From Antedon mediterranea (taxonomy: Eukaryota > Animalia > Echinodermata): 64,000 nucleotides of DNA. Under the pieces are notes generated by a model, which ran no database searches, was not told the DNA's origin, and saw only the letters and a program-made list of their open reading frames with translations. The stretch lies in NCBI RefSeq assembly GCF_964355755.1, contig NC_092679.1:11391432-11455431 (forward strand). The letters run 5' to 3'. The translations under genes and the position numbers were made by a program. This document shows positions 1 to 10,996 of this stretch, in pieces. Position 1 is the first letter of the stretch. Every line of letters starts with the position of its first letter.

Positions 1-360
1 CGTTCATTTCGTTACTATTTAGTATTATGGTGATCAAATGCATTCGATTCTGGCATTGCGACGGCGAGAAATTCACTTTTAACTTCAACTTTATCAACTT
101 GAAAGAATTCAGCTTTATACCATTAGTAATCAATTCGAAGCAGGTGGCTGCTCTCGGGTGGTAGGATTTGTTACTCTGGTAGGTATCTGGTGGTGTTTTG
201 TAGGACCCTATAAAATAAAACTTACATTTTGATCAGAAACTGAAATGCAAAATGATGGTGGCCAATGCTGTGAAAATGTTAGGTAATCCCAATCATTTCT
301 TAAAGAAGATATAACATAAAAACTTAAGTGAGGTATAATTATAGTTTAATAATAAGTAAT

Positions 361-872
361 ATACAGGTAACACCTAAATAAATTCCTGTCATTTGATTGG
401 ACGATTGTGGGTCACATGGCGTGCAATAGTACACACTATTAAACGATCGTTTAATATAATAGTACTTTTTTTGTGTAAGAAAGAAAAATCTGTTCGCGTT
501 TGGAAAATATTTTTTTAATTCTATTGCTTTTGAAATACAACACTCAGCGCCACTTATTTTGTACTTTCGTTGCCAATGTTATATTGTTGTGACTGGTTTA
601 GCGATGGAAGTACATTTTTGGAGATATATATATACTAATTTAGATAAAAAAGGCATTTAAATAATAACTTTAGATCGAGTTTAATTTATGATTTTGATTA
701 ATGGGAATATTTCTAAAAGACATGGAATCGTTGGAAAAAACATAATTAGCATGAGTTTCAGACTGTCGATGTTTCGTATTGCTGCCTGGCTGTCGCCTTG
801 TTGATACATTTCATCATTCACCTCATGCCATTATTTATACCATTACACTCATAAACATCATTATTTGTATAC
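361..872 (+). mobile_element. Non-autonomous dispersed repeat of the 'long hairpin' family (possibly Crypton-like), partial copy
   Basis: 5' part (aacacctaaataaattcctgtcatttgattggacga..gtgggtcacatggcgtgcaatagtac) matches 60055-60150. 3' part (tttcatcattcacctcatgccatta..cattacactcataaacat) matches 30827-30890 and 60298-60362. The middle matches 28135-28410 and, inverted, 31500-31567. Confidence 0.6.
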
Positions 873-2746
873 TGTAATACTTGAAGATGAAAAATGAAGA
901 TTAATATTTTAATCAGTTTTTAAAGATTTTTCCAGGACAATATCATTTTTTTAAATTTTGAAATTTCTTCAAATTGCTCATAACATTAAATAATGCGGTG
1001 TATAAAGTTCCGGCAGAATGAACACAAATTTTAGGGATCTAGTGGTTTTGTAGGTTCAATTCTCGATCAATTGTCTTTATTCATCATCATCTTAATAACC
1101 CACCATTCCTAGAGAGATTTTTTGGATAGGTTTTTGGGCCGATCGTCTCAGCGTTAGCATAGGCCTATGTTGGATTCTGTGTATGTAACAATGGGCAGTT
1201 GAATACCGGTGCCAGAACCCTAACCACAGCATTATTAATATTATGATGAGCAGAGATTTCATTTTCAAGTTAGGTGCGAAATACAGCACCCTACATGAAT
1301 ACCCAGCCCAGCCTACAGTATACTGTTATCTAGGGTGCTTGCTGTATGCCTAGCTAGTGTAGTAGCCAGATTCTAGTCAAGGCACCCTATCGCAAAGTTG
1401 CCCCTCACAAAGTCGCCCAGACACAGTCGCCCCATCACAAAGTTTTCCATCGCAAAAATCGCCCCAACACAGGGTCGCCCCATCGCAAAGTCGCCCCTAA
1501 ACGTTAAAATAGTTTATAAATAAGTGCGTCAAATCACGCAATTGATATTCTTGGGCAATTTGAACACAAAATAACACGAAACAGGTAGGCATACAAAGGG
1601 AAAGCCCCGCCATGTAATACCAGTAGTCTTAGGGCACAGTACATCGGCAACAAAGAGGAAGCCCCAACGTAATTACTTCACTGTCGGGCGCACTTACACG
1701 ATAGCTCACTATCGGGGAAACCCGTAATTGCTCTGCATTACTCCAAATTGTTACGATGTCGGTCGCATTCAAAATCGGTCTTGTTTAATTTTGGTCGTGA
1801 TAAAATCTAAATAATTTTTACTTTAGTCGATGAATATTTATTATTAATAATACATTTTTTTTAATTGTTTATTTTACAGGTCTAGGAGAAAGATGTGTGC
1901 ATTCAAAAATGACAATTTAAGATAATAATATTATTTAGCATACTGTATGTTAACAGTACAGTTACATAATTATTTAAATGTGAAATTTTACAGGGACCGT
2001 AGGCTATGTCTGTGTCTCTCTTTTTATATGCAACAAACTACATGAAACAATTTTTATTAATAAACATTCAGTTTACTATTATTAGTATTACAATGAACAT
2101 TTGATTAATAACCACAGAAAGGCAATCCCATCATTATCCATTATAAAATTGCATCATATTACCAAATATGTCGTAAAAATGATGATGTGTGTGTGTATTC
2201 ATCGTATGTCCGTGTACGCATGCATGTATAAAATAATCATATCGGCGATGAGATTTATAACCATAATAATATTAAATAACAATAGACATACAGTACTTGT
2301 CAATAAATGCAAATGTTTTAACTAATCTATACGATTGGCCTACTACTACAGTACAGTATATCACTTTTATACATTTATTATTATATTATCCTAAAAAATG
2401 AACTGGTAACCACTTGTTGAAAAAAGATTCGTAATTGTGGCTATTGGTAACTAATTTTAAAATCATATTAAATTAACATTCTTAGAAACTTTCAAAATAA
2501 GGAACTATTTTTAAAATGATTTTCAAAAAGCATATTACTCCATTAAAACCTGTAAAATAAAAATTCAAACACAAATTATGTATATAAATTAAATAATTTA
2601 GTAATTGAATATTTTGCGTTTTGTAATGATTTATGACACTTTGAATTTAAGATACAAAGCTGTAAATTGGTATCTAGGGTCAATACTTTTCTATTTAATT
2701 TATTGTACCGGTCTAATTAATTTTCATTTTTAGAGACTCTCTTAAT

Positions 2747-2794
2747 GGGTGTCACGGGGTCTTAGCTTTCGTGGTCTTAGGTTTCGTGACACCC
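2747..2794. mobile_element. 48-bp miniature MULE-like insertion
   Basis: 10-bp TIRs GGGTGTCACG/CGTGACACCC flanked by a perfect 10-bp direct repeat CTCTCTTAAT (2737-2746 and 2795-2804). Confidence 0.75.
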
Positions 2795-2804
2795 CTCTCT
2801 TAAT

Positions 2805-3420
2805 GGTAAGTAAGAACAATCAGAAAAGCTTTACCGTATATTGTATATACAGTATGCATTTGTTATTAGCACTTGTGGTTGCCTCGATGAAATATTAAAC
2901 CATTTAACTCTTTTCAACTTTGTCTGGCATGGCTTTAAAGTTGGTTATACAGACCGAAAATGGGCAGAAAACGTTGATATTTACAGTGACCATTGACCTA
3001 CTGTAGGCAACATTTAATTATAATGCAACTTTTCTTTTAAATACAAATGATGATGCTATTGCATAATGATAATGTGATGTTTGACTGGTTGCAATTCCTG
3101 ATCTGTGTCTGGTCTAGATGTTTTAAATTATTTATAAATAGACAGCCTTCATATCTCTTCAGATATACACCAGACATGTGTTAACAAGTGGTACAAAAAA
3201 TAAATGTGAGTGGGTAAATATTGTCTAGGTAAAAAGGCAGTGAAAAAATGTTGATGCTTTTTCACAATTTTCTGCCTGTAACCAAATTTAGAGCCATGTC
3301 AGACACAGTTCAAAAAAAGTAAATGGTCTAATATTTATTTTAGGCAACCACAAGTGCTTCAACAATACTTACTGTACATATGTACAATATACAAAATTTC
3401 TGATTGATATTAATTACCTT
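2805..3420. mobile_element. MITE with about 200-bp imperfect TIRs, TTAA-flanked (Kolobok-like)
   Basis: gcacttgtggttgcct (2869) is the reverse complement of aggcaaccacaagtgc (3342), and the homology extends over 2805-3000 vs 3225-3418. TTAA lies at both boundaries. Confidence 0.55.
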
Positions 3421-4304
3421 TTAACACTTTGACTGCCAAATACGAAGATCTTCGTGTTTCGCGTTTTTTTACGAAATCCGGTAGATAGGTTAATTATTGG
3501 TATATACTATAAATATGGACACTATGTTCGGTCTGGACCGTCAATATTTTACTATTTGAAAGTAACTAATCTGGTTACGAACGACTGTCAAAATGGTACC
3601 TGTCGAAATAACATACACCGCGCATAACAGTAGCGCGTCGAGTGATTGCTTGGCGCATTGTGTATCGGTCACGCGCTAGCTATGCCGCCGAAGCATTAAA
3701 AAGGTTTTTGTGGATTGGCATGTTTGTTTGCTATCTGAATAAAAAATAATCGAGTCATTTTCAATATGAAGTCATTATTTTTATTATTGTATGTACAGTA
3801 TACCCTAATTGTTTTGGTGTTTCATTGTAAGTGACCGAGTTTCACACAACAAACTTGTTTAGAAATGGTATGGACATTATCATCAGTTTACTAGCTAGGC
3901 TAGCCTAGTCGTAAAACAGTTCCGGACCAACTTTAGGCCTGGTTAACTAGGCATGATGGGTTTACTATGTGGATTTTGCCGAAACATTAATGTAAGATTT
4001 ATGATTTATAAAATGTAATACATTTTTTACAAAAAGTGAATTATTGCTAGGCCTAAAGTTAGCTAGGCCTACAGTAGGCCATTACATTTTTCAGTTAATA
4101 ATAATATTGATATACAGATAGAATAGGCCTAGAGGCTAGGCCTAAATATTTTCATAAAACATGCCTATTTTTTTGCATATTAGTTAAAAAAAAAAATTAA
4201 TAACTATATTAGATTACACGTTTATAAACATACAATGTTTATACCAAGTTTGATGGTCATGTGTTATTGAATTTTCCAGTTACATCATTTATGCACATTT
4301 AATT
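3421..4304 (+). mobile_element. piggyBac-like non-autonomous element, left portion (may resume at about 8114-8740)
   Basis: Begins TTAA|CACTTTGACTGCC, typical of piggyBac-type termini. The ccaagttt..gttacatca.ttatgca motif at about 4243-4297 recurs at about 8322-8377. No matching right terminus found. Confidence 0.35.
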
Positions 4305-5643
4305 TACTCTAGTAGCTAGATCAACTTTCGTATGCACTTTGAGGTCCAGAGAATTCGACTTCAGAAATTGGTTTAGGGTGGTCAAACAATCATTTTTGGC
4401 TTGGTTACACATTTTGAAAATGTGGCGAAAGGTCAAAAGGTCAGGGTCAAAGGTTATAAGATCAAACACCATTATGTCCTTAAATCTCGACAACCACTGG
4501 TCACAGCGAGGTAATTTTGGTCTCAAATTGATCAGAAGGTATACATTCATATTCAGTCTAATGAAACATTTTAGTCGAAAATGACCGGAAATGCCATTTC
4601 TGACCTTTGACCCATAAACCAGGGCATGTCTGTATCTCCGTAACTATTGACCGTAGAGACTTGAATTTGGGCTCAAATTGTTCGAAATATACATTTAGTT
4701 ATTTGTTACACATTTTGAACAATGTTACAAAAGGTCAAAAGGTCAAGGCCAGGGGTTATATGAATAAACACAAATAGGTATTTGTATCTCGGCAACCACT
4801 GGTCACAGCGAGTAAATTTTGGTCTCAAAATGTTTAGAAGCTATACATTCATATTCAGTCTAATGAAACATTTTAGTAAAAAATGACCGGAAATGACATT
4901 TCTGACCTTTGACATACATACCAGGGCATCTTCTTATCTCTGTAAGTACAGGTCGTAGAAACTTAAATTTAGTATCAAATTGTTAGAAATACACATATTT
5001 ACATTCATTCTAACAGAAAATTTGGATAAAAGATGATCATAAATACTATTAATTACTAATCTTTTAAATGAAAAACATATCTACCCAACTTATCATTAGA
5101 CAGTAATGTTATGCAATAATTGATGCCTAATGATTTCATTATACTGTAGGAATTAAAACAAATCCTTTACTGTTTGTAATAATTGTAGGCCTACTTTTGC
5201 TTATAATAATGCTAGAAATTATTGTTTACCCCCGAACATTTTGAGAATGCTAGAAGTAATTTACTGTAGTTACCCGTATAAAAGCCTCGGGCATTTATTT
5301 ATTCAGGGAAGGCGTTTATTTTGTTGGGTGTAATAATGGTAACATGTATAATCAAAATAAATACACCCCAGATATATATATATAAATTCAAATTAATTAA
5401 TTAAATTTCAGTATATCACCGGGCGGTTTAGAATTAATGTTCTTTGCCTGATTTGTTTATATATATAAAAGTATCTCTTCGGAGATCCCGCCTCGTGAAT
5501 AAAAATACTGTATGTAAGATGAGGTCGTATCAATTTGATCTCTGGTGCGCGTGCGTACAACTGAGGACTAGTGCTGTTCCGCCGTACCACGCCGAGAATG
5601 TTAAAGAGTCGCTATCCAATCGAGTTCGAACAATACCATGAAA

Positions 5644-5715
5644 GCCCCAGTGGTCTAATGGTTAGGACATCTGCATATCAAGCAGGCGGTCCGAGTTCGA
5701 GTCTCGGTTGGGGCG
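5644..5715 (+). tRNA. tRNA-like gene, anticodon ATC (Asp), inside the repeat unit; copy 1
   Basis: 72-nt cloverleaf: acceptor GCCCCAG/TTGGGGC, D-stem GTCT/GGAC, anticodon stem TCTGC/GCAGG with loop ATATCAA, T-stem CCGAG/CTCGG with loop TTCGAGT, discriminator G. A box TGGTCTAATGG, B box GAGTTCGAGTC, and TTTTT 2 nt downstream. Confidence 0.75.
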
Positions 5716-6011
5716 ACTTTTTCTCATTCTCACAGATTTCCTCATCTTTATCGTTTCAAATTAATTAATTAAATTTCAGTATATCACCGGGCGGTTTAGA
5801 ATTAATGTTCTTTGCCTGATTTGTTTATATATATAAAAGTATCTCTTCGGAGATCCCGCCTCGTGAATAAAAATACTGTATGTAAGATGAGGTCGTATCA
5901 ATTTGATCTCTGGTGCGCGTGCGTACAACTGAGGACTAGTGCTGTTCCGCCGTACCACGCCGAGAATGTTAAAGAGTCGCTATCCAATCGAGTTCGAACA
6001 ATACCATGAAA

Positions 6012-6083
6012 GCCCCAGTGGTCTAATGGTTAGGACATCTGCATATCAAGCAGGCGGTCCGAGTTCGAGTCTCGGTTGGGGCG
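6012..6083 (+). tRNA. tRNA-like gene, anticodon ATC (Asp), inside the repeat unit; copy 2
   Basis: Identical to 5644-5715, 368 bp downstream. Confidence 0.75.
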
Positions 6084-9000
6084 ACTTTTTCTCATTCTCA
6101 CAGATTTCCTCATCTTTATCGTTTCAAATTAATTAATTAAATTTCAGTATATCACCGGGCGGTTTAGAATTAATGTTCTTTGCCTGATTTGTTTATATAT
6201 AAAAAAAATATATATTATATAATAAGAATAATAACGGGATTAAACCTCATTCTATCCTGGAGGAAGTACAATCATGTAATAAAAGGTATCGGAGACCACA
6301 ATAATAGACCAAGTCATTGTCATTATTACGTAACACTGTTGCATAATAGTTTTGAATGTCAACGACAAAACTTATACATATACACGTCTGTTCCCAGTGT
6401 AGATAATAAAACAATATATATTTCTGGAGATTTATTATCAATACCACTAGAAACTTTGACATGTTTTAGGTACTGAATGCATTGACAATAAAAGCATCAG
6501 AAGTTTATCATGATAAAATCATACTACAACACTGTACTACAGTACACAAGGGTGTTTTCAGGAAAGCTGGACATATTGTACAATAGTAATGAAACTATGT
6601 ATTGGCATTTAAAACTATGCAAAAGATTGTTGTCAAATTGTAGTTACAAACAAATAGATGATAGAATGAAGATCCATTATGAGTGCAATCGTGTCAGGAT
6701 AATGATGTGTCATTGTTTTATATCATTATACTGGCACCTAGAGGTGAAGATCCATTTAATGGAATCTATCACTTTTATTTTAAAAGACAGAAACATTTCG
6801 TTAAAAAGCATAAAGAGGAAAACGAATCATGTAAAGTACCTTTTATCAGTTGAGAAACGAAATACAATTATTAATATTAGAGTATTCCTTCAAATAAACG
6901 CCACCATTCCCTCAAATAGAACACCATGTGGAATAAACATGCCACATGCATTTACACAATAATTGTATCACGTCAACACATTTCATTAACTACCATAATC
7001 TACAATTTACCAAGCTTTTTGACATAATTTTATCACTTTTTGATATTAATTGTGCAGTATTTTTTCCCATCTAGGTGGTATTTATTTGATTATACATGTT
7101 ACCATATTATACCCCAAATAAAGATGCCTCCTTTCCCCCTAAAAACCATTTTGAACAATAAATGCCAGGGGCGTTTAATCGGATACATATGGCAAGTTAC
7201 TTCTAGCATTCTGAAAAGAACTGTTGAGCTTAACGTTTCTATCAAAATGTCCTCGGGGACAGCAATAACTAGTACTTGAAATTAAAACAATTTAAAGTAT
7301 CAGTTATTGCATAACATTACTGTCTAAGGATAAGTTGTGTAGATATGTTTTTTGTTTGAGACATTAGTAAGAGTATTTCTGTTCATCTTTTAACCACATT
7401 TTCTATTACAATGAATGTAAATATGTATATTTCGAACAATTTGATACCAAATTTAAGTTTCTACGACCTGTACTTTATGAGATATGAAGATGCCCTGGTA
7501 TGTGGGTCAAAGGTCAGAAATGGCATTTCTTATCATTTTTGACTAAAATGCCCCATTAGATGGAATATAAATGCATGCCTTCTGAACATTTTGAGACCAA
7601 AATTGACTTGCTGCGACCAGTGGTTGCCGAGATAAAAGTACCTTTTTTATTTGTTCAAATAACCCTTGACCTTGATTCTTTGACCTTTTGTAACATTTTT
7701 CAAAATGTGTAACAAATAACAAAACATATATTTCGAACAATTTAAAACCAAATTCAAGTGTCTACGACCAGTAGTTACGGAGATACATACATGCCCTGGG
7801 TTGTGGGTCAAAGGTCATAAATGGCATTTCCGGTCATTTTTTACTAAAATGTCCCATTAGACTGAATATAAATGTATACCTTCTGATTAATTTAAGACCA
7901 AAATTACCTCGTTGTGACAAGTGGTTGCTGAGATTTAAGGACATATTTATGTTTGGTCTTATGACCTTTCACCTTGACCTTTTGACCTTTCGCCACATTT
8001 TCAAAATGTGTAACCAAGCCAAATATGATTGTTTGACCACCCTAAACCAATTTCTGAAGTCAAATTCTCTGGACCTCAAAGTGCATACGAAAGTTGATCT
8101 AGCTACTAGAGTAATTAGGCTTTTTCATTCATTCATTCATCTTTTTATTTCAAAATATCATGGTGACATAACATATCCATAGAAAAAGAGAGAAAACAAA
8201 ATCTAAGTAAGAGCTCATTTTGCATACAAATGCATATTAAGTAGATAATTTGAATAATGTTGTACCTGTTACCTTGAAATTGCATTTAAAAATAGACATA
8301 CTGTATGCAGACATAAACTGTGCCAAGTTTCTTTGTTATGGAATATTGTACACTGAAGTTACATCAATTATGCATATTACTTAGCTAGACTTTTATTGGT
8401 TTTCAATTACATTAAAAACAAATATTTTAGCAGTTTTCATGAGCACGTAAAAATGTTTCAGGACATTACAGCTCCTACTTTTTTTTTAACCAAAGGTTTC
8501 ATTCTAAGAAAAAGTTAATTCACAATATATACAGATTATATTTTTACTTTTTTAAGACTTTAATATTGGCAAAAAAGCGATTTTGAAATTGGCTGAAATC
8601 GGCATTGAAATTGGGTAACATTTAACATAACTCAACAACCGGTAGTCCAATTTTAAAAGGTTTTTCTGTTCTGAGTTCCTCTCACCCAGCTGCATCTTAT
8701 AAGCACTGAATACAATTTTAAAATGTGTGTGCTATGCCTAAATTAGTATTATACGACATTTAGCGCGACCAAAGTAACAACACGATCAATATCAAATGCA
8801 ACCGATATGATTAAAAACAGCGTACTAGCTTCATAACGCAATAAATCTGTGGGGCAACTTTGTGGTGGGGTAACTTTGTGATAGGGTGACTTTGCGTTGG
8901 GCCGACTTTGCGTTGGGGCGAGTTAGGCTAACTATATGAATATGATGTCTGGTTACTAGGGGTAGCGGGACGATTCGGCCCGGAGACAATTAGGCACACT

Positions 9001-10305
9001 GAAATTTATCGGCTTTGATATGCATTTTATAAGCATAAATTAGCTTTTTTCCCAAAACTTTATTTTCAGAGAGACTATGGGTATTAATTACTACTAACTA
9101 CAGTAGGGCCTAGTAGTAGGGGTTTACGATGAAATCGGTCGCGTCTGAAATCGGTCGCGTTTAAAATCGGTCGCGATAAAATCAACTTCCGGTATTTTGT
9201 ATGGCGCGCCGCTAGAGCTATATGTTTGATGATATCGGTCGCGTTTCAAATCGGTCGCGCTATTTTGTATGGAGCGAGATACATGCTAGCGGGATTTACA
9301 TTTTCTTCGTTTATATATAGTCTAGATTTAATTGACATTTTTTATGTAGAAACTAGATTATTTATGTGGATATTTTTTATTTTGGTAATAAATATTTATT
9401 ATCAATAATTTTTTTTTTATTTCACAGGTCTCGGAGAAGGACTGTGTTTTTCAAAATGGCCATTTCTAAACACGTTTAAATATTTTATTAGGCATATAAT
9501 AATTTACCTCTATTTTATTATGTACTGTAATTAATATAATTATTATATAGAAAATATACGTCTGTGTCTTATTATGCAAATAATTACGTAAAAGAGAACA
9601 ATTTATTTAAAAACAATAATTGTTACAATGTGTAGCCCGTAAAGCCAGCGTATCCATTTGTATACTTATGCATACTGTGGCAGATATATCATATCCATGT
9701 CGTTAAAAACTTACTATTGGATCACCTTATTTTAATTTCTATTTTATTTATGTTCGTACGTTATGTAGGATAATATTATTAAGTATATAATGATTATTGT
9801 TGAGGCAAATCACGTGTATATTTTTATTTCTAATGTTTAGGCCTAAAATAGTTTCTAGTAAAAATGATTATTATATGCGGATCGTTAAAAGGCGAGTTAC
9901 TGAAATAAACCCCGAAATAAGCCATATCGTGGATGCGCCTTCTACAGTATGATCGTGCAGCCGTTAACTGCACGTTATTTTGCTGACGGGGGATTCCCCT
10001 TTTTTAAATCATGGACAAAACATGTACGATCGTTTGTAACATCTATAGGCCTCCTGCACATGTTTTTGTGAAACCTAGTTCCATGTTGAAACGATGTATA
10101 TAATTTACGTATATATACGTCGGCGATACTATAGTTTTTAATTTGAATATCTTTTATTTCTTTCTGTAAATAATTAAGTACCACTCCCTTTGACCCGGAA
10201 GGAGAGTACCCGTCAGGGTACCTACCAAGGGTTAAAGGTCTCAGGTTTTTAGTTGTTTTTAAATTTATTAGTGTTCCATGACCTTCTCATCAAAATTAAT
10301 GTCTC

Positions 10306-10618
10306 TCATTGTTGTGCTATGTCAACATAATGTCAATGACGGCGAAATGTCCTCAATAATGGGGATAGCTATGCAAACAAGTAACAAGTAAGTAACTCAG
10401 TGTCTCACATCCGTACGTCGTTCGTAAATCTACATTGACATTATGTTGACATAGCACAACAATGATAGGCCTAGATGTGAGAATAATAATGGATGGATAA
10501 TAAAGGTGGACACGATTCTCAAAGAGGTAATCTTGCACTGATATTTAATCCTCTTTGAGAATCGTGTCCACCTTTATTATCCATCCATTATTATTCTCAC
10601 ATCTAGGCCTATCATTGT
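10306..10618. repeat. Interlocked perfect inverted repeats (33 bp and 69 bp)
   Basis: 10306-10338 = rc of 10433-10465, and 10459-10527 = rc of 10550-10618. TCATTGT lies at both outer ends. Confidence 0.9.
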
Positions 10619-10996
10619 ACATCATAGTCGTACTGTATAGGCCCGGTAGATTGATTTATAACGGCACATTATTTTATTATAGTATTATCCTAAAACAGTG
10701 CTCACGTAAGAGTGGCGGATAAAAGGTAAAAATCATTGTCATACATCATCTCCCTTTATTGCATAATATAGGCTCGTCTACTTGTTTAATATTAAATTAT
10801 TTCAAAATGTTCAAAACTTTAAATAGTGGCATGCTAATCTTTTCAAAAACTTAAACAATATCCAATAAAACTTTTTAAAACGAACACATTATAATTATTC
10901 ATTGACACCTGCAAGATAAAATGAAAACCCAAATTATTTATAATTTATATTTACTGTACTTAAAAAATAATAACGATCGAGGTAAAAAAATGTTAA

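Larger units (their letters stand above)
5385..6200 (+). repeat. Tandem array of a 368-bp tRNA-containing unit (about 2.2 apparently identical copies) between TA tracts
   Basis: ttcaaattaattaattaaatttcagtatatcaccgggcgg starts at 5387, 5755 and 6123. Identical ORFs are offset by 368 bp. (TA)n lies on the left flank, and the array ends in the unit's own TATATA tract. Confidence 0.95.
4307..8111. mobile_element. Long-TIR (foldback-type) non-autonomous DNA transposon with TA target-site duplication
   Basis: TA|CTCTAGTAGCTAGATCAACTTTCGTATGCAC... and ...GTGCATACGAAAGTTGATCTAGCTACTAGAG|TA. Inverted homology runs about 4307-5130 vs 7295-8111, and each arm contains an internal ~300-bp duplication. 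Mirror-image ORFs 4299..4550(-) and 7925..8182(+) reflect the TIR. Confidence 0.8.
1375..8926. mobile_element. Degenerate MULE/Foldback-like non-autonomous DNA transposon (same family as 28428-30447), split by about 6 kb of nested insertions
   Basis: Left end agtcaag..(aaagtcgccccatcgc)-like repeats at 1375-1500. Internal 1500-2585 is colinear with 28620-30075. Right end 8750-8926 (tatacgacatttagcgcgaccaaagtaacaac..ggggcgactttgcg-like repeats) matches 30110-30440. Confidence 0.7.

Noticed and set aside
5561-5643. Hammerhead ribozyme in the 368-bp unit (CTGAGGA at 5561, GAAA at 5640)
   Set aside because: No stem II closes between the two core halves and no matching stems I/III were found by eye. 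Only a half-core match.
5408-6136. Duplicated 60-65-aa ORFs in the tandem unit
   Set aside because: They overlap the tRNA and structured region in three frames with no recognisable domain. Artefacts of the repeat.
6510-6962. 150-aa ORF in the core of the long-TIR element as a possible transposase
   Set aside because: No DDE, HTH or other motif. Composition is that of random AT-rich sequence.
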